In this document: positions 12,626 to 26,729 of the stretch, piece after piece | How positions within the stretch are numbered: position 1 is the stretch's first letter | Layout: each line of letters begins with the position of its first letter | Assembly: GCF_030684315.1 (NCBI RefSeq) | Contig: NC_081359.1 | Location: 92,536,838 to 92,600,837, forward strand | From: Stegostoma tigrinum | Taxonomy: Eukaryota | Direction of reading: 5' to 3' | Length of the DNA stretch: 64,000 nt | Made by a program: the position numbers and the translations under genes | The notes under the pieces: model-generated | What the model was told of the DNA's origin: nothing | The model's input: the letters and a program-made list of their open reading frames with translations, nothing else | The model's database searches: none

Positions 12626-13612
12626 AGTATTGTCATTACAATGGTTGCCAACATCATGCATTGTCTCATTCAGAAGCTATTATGAAGCAACCACTTCTGG
12701 CTCATTGTGTCATCAGTGATTGGAGGATGTCAACATGAAGGTGGTTTTCAGAAGAAACGAGTGCACCCCCGAAGTAACAGTACATAGGAGGTGTAACAAT
12801 GTATTAGGTTGGACTAGGCAAACAGTAAATTTGAAGGAACAAAAACAAAGTTGCTGGAAAAGCTCAGCAGGTCTGGCAGCATCTCTGGAGGAGTAAATTT
12901 GAATGCACTTGACAAATAACTCTTTACGGCAAATATTCTGGGTCATCCATCTTCTTCATAAAGTTATTCGGTAATAGTACCTGACTAAGTTGCTTGAAGG
13001 ATGGTGCCTTCTGCTATTTCTCTACCTAAATACTGTAAATAATGCACACAGCCTTTAACATGATTGCTGCCTCTTTCTGTTTAAAAAGCACTGCTGCTTT
13101 TGGAGACAGTGTTGTAGAGTGCCAAATTAAGCATTTCTTGTGCCTACCTCATGCAGTAGCTGGTCAACTTCATCCATGAAATTGAATCCCTTATTGTACT
13201 CTCTTTTGTTTGTCCAAATACTCAATTTAGTATCACTCGTCAACATATCTGTGGTTTCTTAGCCTATGCTTAGCCTTCAAGGCCAAACTAAATTTTGCCC
13301 CCATATACAGCATTGAAATTATGCTATCCTTGTAAATATTTTTAGCAACCCTTTATGAATTGCTCCAGATATCCCCCAAAATATCAAATATACATTCCAC
13401 ACTTGGGATGATATTTGCATGGAACATATTACAGGTATGATAATAAATTTAATACTGATGTCTTCTGGAATTAAAGCAGAACTGCATAATTCTCCACAAT
13501 ACTAATAAAATGTGCAGAACGGGTGTCAGAGAACATCAAATAGACATCTCAAATTCAGTAAAATAGGAAGTGCAGAATCAAGTGTTTTAAATTAATTTAA
13601 GCTAATCTTTAC

Positions 13613-13716
13613 CATGGATATGAAGGGCCCAAAAGAGACAGCAAAAACAGAGAAGACTATAAACCCCAAGGCAAAGAGACGGGAACAGATGAAACTCTTC
13701 CACTGGACAGAAGCAC
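13613..13716 (-). CDS. ALG8: ALG8 coding exon 7
   Basis: (G)ASVQWKSFICSRLFALGFIVFSVFAVSFGPFISM; aag and gtaaag; 104 nt. Confidence 0.94.
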
Positions 13717-14989
13717 CTTAAAAATAAACAAGAAAAAATATTGACAATTGATTAGTTTAGGATATTGTGAAAGAAAATGTTTCAATAATTACAAGCTAGG
13801 CAATGATAAATAGTATGAGGTATATTGAAATTCCAAAAGGTAATCTTCACAATCGAGACCACTTTCAAAAGCTACATGGGACCAAACATATTTGTTCTTA
13901 AAATCATGTGAAATAGGTAGAACAAAGATGTTCATTTAAACATAGATTGGAGACAATGGGGCTGTCAATTTGAATGTGTTACCATATTTGTATGGGAGAC
14001 AGCTAAATTAACAAGTGAAAAAGTTTAATGATTAATCCTTAACACAACAAACAAAAACCAAGACATCAGCAAAAGAACATCAAATGCCTATTTTTATCAA
14101 CCCTAATATTGAGTCAGAAAAAAAATTATTGGCAAGTACATTCATGAAAGGGTAACGGAGTTAAAATTAAGATGGAGGAGAAAGCTATTTTTATACACGT
14201 ACTAGAAGGGTCTCCACTTTTAATCCACTGAAGTTGAGGCATTCAAAACATTGAAGGGAGAATTAGTGTAATATTTGAGGAAACGTATATGTGCTGATTT
14301 TCTATGTTGTACTCCTTAAACTAGGTTCCAACTTATACTTTGAGAATGAGCTGGAATCAAGCAAACTCTGGCTGCCTCAGAGACACAGAGATAAAGACAG
14401 ACAGTGCAATTTTCTTGAATTGGTCAGCATGTTCAAATTCTTCTTTACAAAAAAATAGAAGCACAGGAATAAATGAATGGAAATGCTGGAAGGCAAAACG
14501 CCTTTGGATAAAGAAGTATACTGACTTAACAAAAACCTCAGGAACACAATTTCTTCAGAAACTAAACATTTGTATTTTGAATCCACATTGTTGTATCAAA
14601 AACATGACTTCTATTACTGTTCTGTTACTAAATTATAATAAATTACTCAGTTATACCAAATCACCATGATGCCCTTGCAAGACACCAAGTGGTGAAAACA
14701 ACTGGATACTGCAATACAGGAATTTAGGGATTGTTTTGGATTGTTTGCTGAATGAATTTAATTTGGCCTTTCCTCATCTGTAATTATCTTGTGATCATTT
14801 CATAAAGGGCACATCTGATTAATGTAATTTCTATTCCAGTATCTTGTTAGATTTTCTTTTCTCCCTTTTCAGCTTACCTGAGCACCAATCTCTGTAATTG
14901 TACTCTGCTTTACTTATGAATGCAAGTGCTTTAAAGAATAAAAGAAAGTTATATCACATCTCAAATTGGTTAAAAATAAAATTAAATAC

Positions 14990-15116
14990 CTAGCTTGTTC
15001 TCAGTGAAGCAGTATGAACGTAGTAGGTAAATACCATAGGCAGGAGCCACATAAAGAAAAATGTGCTTAAAGTTCAGCAGGATTGCAAAGAGTAGCGCAC
15101 TTTCCAAATGCCTTTC
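14990..15116 (-). CDS. ALG8: ALG8 coding exon 6
   Basis: [42 protein letters not shown]; cag and gtattt; 127 nt. Confidence 0.96.
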
Positions 15117-15244
15117 CTGTAATAAAATCAAGTATTTCAAGCATTGTGTTACTGACTGATTTTTGGTTATTTCTAAATCTGTTCACTTTTCAATCATTAA
15201 TCTATAGCATGAGTAAGCACTGTGGAATTATTCCGAATTTCTCA

Positions 15245-16001
<757 letters not shown>

Positions 16002-16111
16002 GATCGACAATCAATAATCCAAAGTTCCAAAGTAACAGCACTGCAAGTATAAATGCTGGTCTCTCCATTATTTCCTTTGACTCCTTTCTTCTATTGACAC
16101 ACTTACAACAC
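16002..16111 (-). CDS. ALG8: ALG8 coding exon 4
   Basis: [36 protein letters not shown](H); followed by the U12-type donor GTATCCTT; 110 nt. Confidence 0.95.
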
Positions 16112-16464
16112 CTTAAAAAGAGGGCAAATAAAAATATACTTATTGGTCATACAACTTTTTTTCTACCCTGAAAGGGAGATAATGTACTGCTTTCACACAC
16201 ACCTGTCATTTCGAGGTCATGGGTTGAATTGCATTAATTGGAGTTACTGTGTAGACAGCAAAACTGATGAAAACAAATTGCAAATGAGGGATTTTCCTTT
16301 GAAAATTATGTTGCTGCAACTACTGCAAAGGTATCATAAAAGTACATTCTAAATGTAGCATATCTAAATTAAAAATTTCTTGCAATATTAATCATCAGCC
16401 ACTGAAAGCTGCTGATGTGCTTTATACTAAATTAAAACACTTTCTGGCTGCAATCAGAAATGCT

Positions 16465-16575
16465 ACGAAACGTCAGCTTTTGTGCTCCTAAGATGCTGCT
16501 TGGCCTGTCGTGTTCATCCAGCTCCACACTTTGTCATCTTGGATTCTCCAGCATCTGCAGTCCCCATTACCTCTC
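16465..16575 (+). mobile_element. PLE family A pseudo-LTR, single arm
   Basis: cgaaacgtcagcttttgtgctcctaagatgctgcttggcc...ggattctccagcatctgcag. Confidence 0.8.
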
Positions 16576-17837
16576 TCCTAGACAGAAGGCTTTGGTTTTG
16601 GGTTTCTCGTTAAAATGACAATCACTTTTGATTCTGTACTTTTAAACACAAAGTTAATTCCACTGACAATAATGTAATGACTTTTGAAACGTTTAAACAC
16701 TACGCTGTTAAAAGAAACTTTAATTACTACTTAATATATTTTAACTGAGAATTCATAACAATTAACATATGGTATTGGTCTACTTTTTTGCTTACGTCTC
16801 GATGATCATGCACCATTCTCACATAAGAGGAGTGTTGATCAGTTCTCGATCTCCTAACAACTACATCCTTTAGCTAACTGCAGGATATGTGAAACCTATG
16901 TAATATGAAAAATACTTGGACACTCCCCCAAATTTCCTCTATAGAATAATAACTGGCTGGTAACTCAAAGCAGTGGAGGATTATTATTAATCAACCGAGA
17001 ACAATATTCACAACGCAAGCTACAAATCTATTCTAAAATCTTAGAATATTATTAAATAGCACTTAAAACGATGAGTGCTAATTAGTCTTTTTTATAATGC
17101 ATTATCTTCACCCACATTTCTATGGCAAAGAAATCAATGTGAATTGTGCATTTCCCATTAACTTTGACCATGCACCAGGAGCCACAATTTTATCCTGTTT
17201 GCTCTTTCTGTCAAGACACCCGCCAAATGCAGGCAAAGCACTCCTTACTGAGGTACAATAAATGAGTTGCAATGTATTATCTGAGTCTGACCTTAACCTT
17301 TGTGTGAAAACTAAACAGTCACCCTGCTGGTTGACATGATTTGATTACAACTAATTAAAGTGGAATTCCTCCAATAGCTTAGTGTTTAATACATTGCTCA
17401 CAAAAGCCCCACAGCTCAATCTTATACGGGTGAGTTAGATGATCTTAGCTTGGGCAGGGCAGTACCACTGGATATAGCATTACTGGGTTGATCTAGAAAG
17501 TGCACGTGGATAATCGATGAGGACATCATTGAGATTCACTATGTTTAAGAAACAGTTTTCATAGTTGAATACAGACATAGAAGATAATGTCCATTTGGGG
17601 TCTGGTATCAGAATTGTTCTAGTAAATATAAATCAAAGAGAGTTAGCACTTCAGCTCAGGATAGGAAAATACTATTTTTCAAAATCAATACTTTAACATT
17701 TAATGATCTTTCATTTCTCAGAATGGCTGCCTTTCAGCTATTTTACAATTTCTGATGTTTAATCTTTCAATTTGTTATGCTTGTCAAACAATAAAGAACA
17801 CTATGTTTAACATTAACACATAAATATTAAGACATAC

Positions 17838-18031
17838 TCCAGCACTCCATAAATAAATACTATATCCATGATGATGACTGAAAGTCGCTGAAATAGGATT
17901 GTTGCATCACTGGCATAATTAAGGTTCTGGATGACCAACATTTCCTTGTCGAAATATTGTGCAATGAGAGACAGTAGGTATTCAAACCATGCAAAAAATG
18001 GTGGATAGTCCAAACTCCACTGTGAAGTTGC
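17838..18031 (-). CDS. ALG8: ALG8 coding exon 3
   Basis: [18 protein letters not shown]...[19 protein letters not shown]; tag and gtatgt; 194 nt. Confidence 0.97.
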
Positions 18032-19122
18032 CTAGGTACAGAGTAATAGAGAGAAGGGGGAAAAACATAAGTTATATTTCACTTCATAATTTGTAATTAC
18101 AATTCAACATTTTGGATCAACTACAAGATATTAACTTGTTACTAGTACATTATTAACACAACTTTTAGTAGATTATTATTGCTAATGGCTAATACCATAA
18201 ATGATATACAAATATATAACATGATAAAGCAGTTGTGGGTCTGAAGAGTTTGGTTATTGATTTCTGCTTCACTGCTCCTTCCTCTCACTCACTTAAATTT
18301 AACCACTTTTCAACTTTACATCCACCTCATACCACAGATTCATCAGAAATCATTACTGACGTAAAAGGTTTCTGCAGGGAGTTAACAAAGCAGACAGGTT
18401 TTATTACTATTCATTTATGAAATAGCCAAAACAATGTATGGGCAAATACAAGTATGTTTTATGCTGGATCCATGGGCAATTTTTAAACATATAATCAGAC
18501 TTTTTTCTTTTGTCAAGAATAGAGTAAACCTACTGTAGAATGACACAAAAAATTGATGTATGTGCCACTACTTTTGAAATCTAGGATAATGGAAGATGTT
18601 TGTATTCACCTGACAATTTCCCACTTGCTCAAGGGGAGTCAACCAACTTTACGACGAATGAAGGATGTTTAAAGGACAAGGGATAACTGGATCAGGACAA
18701 AGAAAGGTTGTGCAGTCTCCATTTTAAGGTTTTTTTTATATTACTTGGATTTTCCATTATCCATTTAATATATTAGAAAGTCTTACTGCTCAAAGGTGCC
18801 AATGTTAAATTCCTACATCTCAAATTTAAAATGAAAATAAATTAATGCAGGTAGATCGTTATATTGTAATGACTTCGCCTGCCATTAGAGTCACAAAAGT
18901 GACATCTTTATGGTAGAGAAACCTCTATGTTCCAACTCAAGTTTGATGCTTCCTAAATTGATATAAATTTTTCTACTTAATAATTAAGAATTTTAAGGAG
19001 GAAGTTTTATAAGATCAAGGACATATGCATTGTTTTAATAAGCATATTGATTAACAGTGGCATTTTGTGCTCTCTAATCCTGCTGCAATTGAAAACCTGA
19101 TTTGAACACCAAGGATTGTATT

Positions 19123-19265
19123 AGAGATAATGGGAACTGCAGATGCTGGAGAATCCAAGATAATAAAGTGTGAAGCTGGATGAACACCGCAGCCAGGCAG
19201 CATCATTGTGCTCCTGAGATGCTGGTTGGCCTGCTGTGTTCATCCAGCTTCACACTTTATTATCT
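19123..19265. mobile_element. Fold-back PLE family A element, internally deleted
   Basis: Inverted arms aagataataaagtgtgaagctggatgaacac and gtgttcatccagcttcacactttattatctt; ttgaacaccaa occurs on both sides. Confidence 0.8.
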
Positions 19266-19319
19266 TGAACACCAAAGAACCAGCCACATTTATGCAATAG
19301 CAGAGTAGATGTAGGAATA

Positions 19320-19630
19320 ATACTGCTGATGGTGGGGAAATCCAAAACCAGGGGTCACAATCTAAGGATACAGGGAAAACCATTTATGATTGAGATGAGC
19401 AGAAATTTCTTCATCAAGAGAGTGATGAGCCTGCAGAATTTGACAGAAAGCAGTCTAGGCCAAAACATGGCACGTTTTCAAGACTGAGTTGGATGTATCG
19501 CTTGAGCTGAAAGAGATCAAACAATATTGGAGGAAAGCAGGAACAGGCTATTGTTGATCAGCTGTAATCATAACGAATGGTGGAGTAGGTTCAAAAGGCC
19601 GAATGGCCAACTCATGCTCCTATTTTTCTG
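19320..19630 (+). mobile_element. CR1 LINE 3' end
   Basis: ggggtcacaatctaaggata, gagatgagcagaaatttcttc and the ggccgaatggcc..ctcctatttt tail. Confidence 0.75.
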
Positions 19631-20196
19631 TTTTGGTTTTAAAACATTCCATGCTTTACCTAATCAACTGGTAAAATGTTAATACGCCTTGCTTTAACTA
19701 CATCATGAGTGGTGTGGTCAGATTCATCATTCAGCCAGAAATCAGACAATAAAACCTGCAGATGGTTTACTGGGATGATAAAGATAGACCGTTAACATTA
19801 CAGGGCTGAGTCACAAAGAAATCATTCAGAAATTTCAACGTGCATTTCATCCTGGCAAAGGAAGAAGCCATCAAAGAAGCGATTAAAGTTAGTAGACGGG
19901 CTGGGAATGATAAATTCAGCACACTGCATCATGTTAAATCACAGCGGTAATATAGAGGGCACAGGCATACTTAGGATTGCAGCTTTCACGTGAAAGTACT
20001 TAGTTCATGGAAAAAAATTCTGGAGAACGAAAATGTCTGTAAACACTAAATAAACAATTCAATGTTATGATAAATGGGAATGTAGATCCTCCTCATGAAT
20101 CAAATAAAATGGGCCGAATAGCCTTTCTCATCCACAACACGAATAACAGGACATGGCAGAAATAGCCAAATTACCATTTGACGCAGGGCATCTTTA

Positions 20197-20412
<216 letters not shown>

Positions 20413-20659
20413 TCAGTTGTTATAAGGTAACATTCATTACTACTGCAGAAGACAGACATCAATTAAATTGGAATCATAGCAACCAGAATAGGCCATTCAG
20501 CTTCCCGCCGTTCAATGCGATCATGGCTAGTCAAACGCTTCAAAGTCTTTTACCCACTTATCCCAATTAGCCTGAATGCCATGAACTATAAATTCTAGAG
20601 GGCACTGATTGGGAAGGAGCTATCAAATGAGCATTCAGGAGATTCTGCAGGAAATTTTA

Positions 20660-21560
20660 TGGACAGTACACACGGCTGCCATTGTACGTCAACAGTGAAG
20701 GAAGTGAATGTTGAAGGTGACAGATAGGTTGGTTGCTAATCGAGTGAACAGCTTTGACCTGGATGGTGTCAAGCTTCTCAAGTGTTGTTGCAGCTGCATT
20801 TATCCAGGCGAATAGATAGTATTCCATAAAACTCAGCACTTGTGTCTAACTGATTGTGGACAGTCAGTGAGGAGTTACTTGTTGCAGAATTCCTGGTCTC
20901 TGATCTGCTCTTGTATCCACAGTATTTATATGGCTGATCCAGTTCAGTTTCAGCTCAATGGTAAACAATCAGAATGGTGACTAGCCATAATTAATATCAA
21001 CAAATATTATGAAAATGACAGCATTAAAGAATGTGAAATCCCAGGATCAGATGGTTTTCAGTTCAGAATTTTAAAGGGATCAAGTGAGAACATTACTAAC
21101 TATTGCAACTTCTAAAATTATTGGCTCAGGAACTTTCCTCAAACATGTTATTCTGCATTTTAAGAAAGGCAAGTAAATGGATAAAACTGCAGTAAATGGA
21201 TTTTGATACTAGTAAGTACAAGGTTATTATCTTATACCGAAAAAAAAAGGATAGATCAGAGAGATTTTTAAATGATGAAAAGTTAGGAACTAGATCAGTA
21301 AAGTGTCATGTACAGGCATAAAAAAAATTAAAAACAGGATCCTTTCGGTCTAGAGGATGAGAATAGGAGTTAGATGCCATGCTACGGTTGTACAAACTAA
21401 CACCAGGACTGTACTGTTCTGAGCACCACATGAGAAAACTTATGCTAAAGGCAAGCTTGAAAGGAATGTGGAGATTTGGGCATCAAGGGTTAAACTGTGA
21501 AGCGATATTGTTGTAATCAAAGTTATTGAGACATTAAGAGGAAACTGATGAAGGAGACAG
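20660..21560. mobile_element. Old LINE fragments (minus-strand LINE at about 20660-20980, plus-strand CR1 at about 21030-21560)
   Basis: Minus strand MEY..AW.NAAATTLEKLDTIQ.KA; plus strand KSPGSDGF and F.KKG remnants. Confidence 0.55.
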
Positions 21561-21619
21561 TTAGAAAACTAATTCTGTAGAATGAGAAATGGTAAATGTA
21601 GTTGGTAGTGTGCTACTCC

Positions 21620-21870
21620 GACAGGTAACAAATGACCTGCAGTTTACCCCCAAAAAAAAGGTCTTCCTGGCTGGATATAACTAGTCTGGGTGGTCTTCTT
21701 CAGCACTGGCAATGACTACAACTGGCTATCAGCTACAGAAGAAAGAAAATAATCTTAATCAATGCTCATACATGCAGGAAACAACCGCAGATATTTTCTA
21801 CCTCTGGAATAGGTGTAACACGAACACAGGTCACCTGGCTCAGAAATATGGACACTACCACTGTACCACA
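21620..21870 (-). mobile_element. tRNA-derived SINE (family of 43905-44020)
   Basis: Minus strand ggtacagtggtagtgtcc...ctgagccagg.gacctg.gttc..cacctattccagagg. Confidence 0.55.
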
Positions 21871-22259
21871 AAACCCCCCCCCCTAGCGAAAGATCATAGT
21901 ACTGACTTATTTCTAACCCAATTTACAACATCCCAACGATTAAAAGCTGGAGTGCTGTAAAAGAACTCGAAAAATAAACCAAACAGATTGAACAACGACG
22001 TTGTTGTTGCACGAACGTCCATCCTTCTAACATTCTAATATAATTCTTAAAAGCGTGTGCCTTTGATTTCAGTGAGATTTATCAAAGCTTCGCTTGTTCG
22101 AAAAAACAAGAAAGCTGCAGAATATTCGCCTTTAAACTGCAGCAGCTGCACCTCTAGGCCCCTCCTCACACCACGAACCGTCCTTACAACGGGAAACACA
22201 TTTTTTCTTTTAAAAAAAAGAGTTTCATAATTAAGCCCCTAATCTGGAGCAGCTCTTAC

Positions 22260-22348
22260 TAAGCAGGGATAAGCAAACACTTTAACAGGGTTACACCGAA
22301 AGCAAGCGGCACCATCCAGCTCCAGCTCCTCTCACTGGGCGCCGCCAT
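22260..22348 (-). CDS. ALG8: ALG8 alpha-1,3-glucosyltransferase, coding exon 1 of 13
   Basis: ATG at 22348 reads MAAPSERSWSWMVPLAFGVTLLKCLLIPA(Y), matching the ALG8 N-terminus LGVTLLKCLLIP-Y; donor GTAAG; CpG-enriched context; 89 nt. Confidence 0.93.
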
Positions 22349-22825
22349 TGCTGCTTCACCCAACTTTATTTAAACTCAGGCAGCAACTGCTGCAGCTGAA
22401 GCTTCTCATTGAGTGCGAGGGGAAACTGAAATAGCTTTTCAATCTCCGTTTCATTGTAGTTAACAAATTGACGGCAACCTGTCTCTTTCCTTTCTCAGAA
22501 ATGACATTGACGGAATCTTCCATCAAGATTTTTAAAAGTTTCTTTTAAATGCTGTATAAATTGTCTGACAATCCCAGTGAAATAAAAGGGCGGTGGGTTA
22601 ATGCTGGCCTGATTCTGTGTCTCATAGCAGTGACAACAGTTGGTTAGTGAGCAATGTAGGGTTCTGGCTTGCGATCAGCAATTTGCTGATTTTCAGGCGG
22701 TTCTACAATCACTCCCAGATCGCTGCTTCTGACACTAGATTCATTTAGGGATGTGGAATGGAGAAAGCAGTAGACAGGCGTTTCAGGGCAAAAGAATCAC
22801 TACGCATTTAAATACAAAAGGCAAG

Positions 22826-24058
22826 TATAACACAAGAAATAAAGGCAAATGTAATAAACAGTGAAATTTACACAAACTGTACAGACGACAGTAATTAAAC
22901 ACATTATTAAATTAAACACAGGTTAAACACCATTATAAGTTAAACAGCAGTTTTAATCACAGAAAACTTTAATCAGACTTCCTACCCTTGGGGTTCCTGC
23001 ACTGTAATCCACCCACCTTCCCCTCCCTGCTGGCTAGGTTGGAAACTTTGGAGTCTCAGGAGTTCAACCTCACCACTGGGGAAAATTCACAGTTTTGAAG
23101 AAGACAGTAGGAACTGCAGATGCTGGAGAATCTGAGATAACTAGGTGTAGAGCTGGATGAACACAACAGGCCGAACAGGACGATGCTGCTTGGCCTGCTG
23201 TGTTCATCCAGCTCTCCACCTTGTTATCTCTATTTTGAAGTAGGGATGGCCATTCCTGCTTGCCATACCCAGTGACTCCATGAAATCTATGGACTATTGT
23301 AGGCCTTCAGGCTGGTTTGAGTCCATTGATGCAGTGGAATGTGTATTCAGTTTATATGATGAGTGCTTGGTTTCCCTTTTTGGTGGTTTTGCGGACTGGT
23401 TTTCATTCTCAGGATCTGTCTGAGGCCTCCTGGTGTCAGCTGGGTTGGTGGTTTTTGGAGGTTGTCAGTTCTCAGATCTGGTTGTGGTTGGTTGCTGTTG
23501 GTTCCCCTGGTGTGGAACAGGCCTGTGTCGACAGGTTTCAGAATCGCTGTTGGGATTCCTGTTTGAGAGGTAGCTCTTTCCATTGAGATTGGGGCCTGCA
23601 GTTATGCTAATTACAGGCCTGATATCTTCATGCAAAATCTGCACTTGCCATTGTGTTTGTGGTGTTCACTTTGAGGTCAGTTGGCTTCCTGACAGTTAAG
23701 AGTATGTATGGATGTACTTTGATTGAAGTTGAATGCCCGATATCTCTGTGAATGACTATTGAATGAATAACGAAAGTTGAATATCTGGTAATTGTATAGA
23801 CTCTCAGATGCCTGTGTTATATAGCCCCAAGTGTAAAAGTTAGTTCCAGTCTAGAGTGTTAGGTCTGATTGTTTGTTCTCTTAGGGCTGAGTTGTGAATT
23901 GTATTTTTTGGTTTGAACAATGGTTACAGATGGCCAGCTGTATTATTGTGTATTTTTCCTAGAGCTCAGCCCAGCTGCCACCCCTTTTTAAATGTTTTGA
24001 AAAATTCAGGGTTTTGATTCAGTATTTTAAATGATGTGGATTTTTGCTCAGTCTTACA
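22826..24058. mobile_element. Candidate solo LTR with a nested PLE fold-back element (about 23100-23230)
   Basis: Termini TATAA...TTACA (TGTAA/TTACA with one change) flanked by gcaag and gcaac (5-bp TSD, 1 mismatch); non-coding interior. Confidence 0.45.
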
Positions 24059-24254
24059 GCAACAGTTGTCGAAAAGTACGTGTCCTTACCCTTTCTCCCA
24101 CACTCCTTTGAAATACAGCCACTGCCAGATTGATTCAATAAAACTTGTGAATGATACATACTGGCCCAACTTGCTTTGTAAACCTTAAAATGAAGCTCTG
24201 GAATGACTGCTATGTTTCAAGAATTATCATTTTTATTTGTTTCTCCCTGTTACA

Positions 24255-24450
24255 TGGGATCTTTTCTGTTGCAAGGCAGGTGGGACCTCAATTTAATGTC
24301 TTACCTGAAAGATTGCACCTCAGACAATACAAGGACTCCTTCAGTTTGTGCTAGGGTGTCAGCCTTGATTTTTGTGCTCAGTTTATGAAGTAGGACTTGA
24401 AGTCAGAACATTCTGACTCAGAGCTGAGTATCAACCAAGCCAGAGCTATT
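24255..24450 (-). mobile_element. Deu-domain SINE (SacSINE1/AmnSINE1-like), 5' part
   Basis: tRNA-like head (ctgagtcagaatgttctgacttcaagtcctacttc) and Deu-like core (tttcaggtaagacattaaattgaggtccc); same family as 44170-44590. Confidence 0.6.
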
Positions 24451-24581
24451 ACAGGTTTTTTATATTTCCCGTCCCGATCTGCTGACCAACTAAGTGAACC
24501 ATCAGTGGTTTCCCAAAGATAACAAGGTGTAGGGCTGGATGAAGACAGCAGGCTAAGCAGCATCAGAGGAGCAGGAAAGCT

Positions 24582-24609
24582 GACATTTCGGGTCTAGACC
24601 CTTCTTCAG
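24582..24609 (-). ncRNA. Minimal hammerhead-ribozyme motif in a PLE pseudo-LTR (element about 24515-24612)
   Basis: Minus strand CTGAAGA-A-GGGTCTAGACCC-GAAA-TG-TC: CUGANGA box, palindromic stem II, GAAA box and UH site. Confidence 0.6.
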
Positions 24610-25249
24610 AAAATTTCCCTACTGATTTTCTGGTTGATGTCATTTAACTTGCCACAGAATCTGTGGTTTAATACCAGACTATGTAGTGCAGATACCCACT
24701 GAGCTGTGCCATTTCTTTTAGCAGAACTTTTAAAAATCATTTGGTCTAAAAATTTACGAGGAAAATCAAGACTATGACTATAACCCTATGAATATAGACT
24801 TTGCTAGGTCCATGCTGGGAAGAACTGCCAGAGGAGGTTGGGAAGGAGGAGATAACACGGTGTTGAGCTGGAGGAGCACAGCAGGCCAGGCAGCATCAGA
24901 GGAACAGGAATTAGCTGCTAGGATTTCAGAAGGGAGATCATGGCATGGGGTGGAGGGATGAGAAAGCTGCAAGAAGCCTGGAATAGAGGCTACAATGTGA
25001 GGGGCACAGACAGAAGAAAGCTGTGGGGAGGGGAGAGCAAGAGGTTGCAACCGTGCATGGTTGAAAGTAGAGTTGCAAACAGGTGTGGGGAGAGACAGTG
25101 AACAGTGAGGAGAACAAGGCTGTAAAGGTGTTTTGAACCTATAAACAAAGGACTATTCAATTAATGGATCTAAGAAAATATTAAATCAGTAAGGTGACAA
25201 ATATCTTGCAAATTAATATACAGTTACTAAGTCTGCATAAAAGGATGTT

Positions 25250-25351
25250 ATTTATTGTTGTCACATGTACCAAAATATAGTGAAAAGTGTCGGTTTGTGA
25301 GCCAAACAGGCAGATTGTACCATACAAAGTGCAGAATACAGTTTTACAGCA

Positions 25352-25386
<35 letters not shown>

Positions 25387-25740
25387 AACGTTCACATTTG
25401 AGGGGTCTATTCAAAAGTCTGACAACAACAGGGAAGAAGCCCGTTCTTGAATCTATTCATATGTGTATTCAAAGTTTTGTATCCTTTGCCAGTGGAAGAG
25501 GGTAGTAGAGAGTATAACTGGGGTCAAAGCGGTCTTTGATTACATTACTTGCTCTCCTGAGGCAGCAGCAAGAATAAACGGAGTCAGTGTATGGTGGCTG
25601 GTTTGCGTGATGGACTGGGCTGTGTTCATGGCTGTTTGCAGTTTCTTGAGGTCTTGGGAAAAGCACTTGCCATGCTATGTTGTGATGCATCCAGATAGAA
25701 TGCTTTCTGTGGCGCACCTATAAAAATTGGTAAGAGTCCT
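25250..25740 (-). mobile_element. Rex1/Babar-type LINE 3' fragment containing a (GA)n microsatellite at 25354-25384
   Basis: Same motifs as 7006-7822 on the opposite strand (FYRC..ESILSGCIT.W.G; CLRRASNVIKD; YPLP). Confidence 0.75.
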
Positions 25741-26729
25741 TGCATAAATTATACTTGGGGAAAAATGGAGTATATCCCACTGTTATGAAAGCTGTGCAAA
25801 TTGTTAACTTTAAATCCGAGATTGAGATCCAAGATGCAGTGACTAGGTTTGTAACTGCTTGGTTAAAATGTTCCAGTTTTGTGCATATGCAATGAAAACA
25901 TATTGGCTAGGTCTTCACCATTGTGTGGAAGGTGTGTTAAAAGTGATGGATTTTTATGCGTAGAAATTCGTCAGTTTTTTCAAAAATCTTTTGTTCCTAA
26001 CTTAATCCTGTTGTCTTCTAATTTAATGACAGTGGAATCTAGGAGATGAGTTTCGGCCTTGTGGTTTGTAGCTTTTAAGTTTAGTGGAATGTTGCTAATT
26101 ATTGAGGATATTGGTGGATTCTTCTAGTTCTACTTTTGTGAGCGTCCACATACCCCTATATTAACACAAACATAGAAGGTATTGTTGCTACTCAATGTCA
26201 TAACCTAATGAATGAGTTCATGAGAATGGAAAAGTGACCACCAAAAATTAAGGAAATCTCCACAGGAGCTCTCAGCAAAACAAAAATGTTTTGTCCTTGA
26301 TTGCTATAAAGTCTCTAACATAGGAAACATCCCAAAACAGTTCTGAGGAATAACTGAACAAGAAGCAGACTAATTTAGTAAAATAAATGTAGGGAATGAG
26401 TTGCCAGGATGGGCACAAGTATAAATGAGTTTCAGTGGTGACTCCCAGACAAAGTCATAAAGTAATCAATGGTTAGCGTTCAGTCACTGTCAGAAATGTA
26501 ACATTACACTATATTATTTAAAAATAAATGTACTTCAAGTAAATCTAGCTAACAACAAGTTTCATCCCAACAGCCAAATTCAACTATAATGGTAAATGAA
26601 TTCAACAAACAGGATTAATATTCATGATCCTGCACATTATATGTCAAGATTTATATAAGAAACAAGGGAAAGACTGTTAATTTCTTTAAGCTCAAAAGAT
26701 TGGGAACCCACATCAATTTGCTTTCTGTA

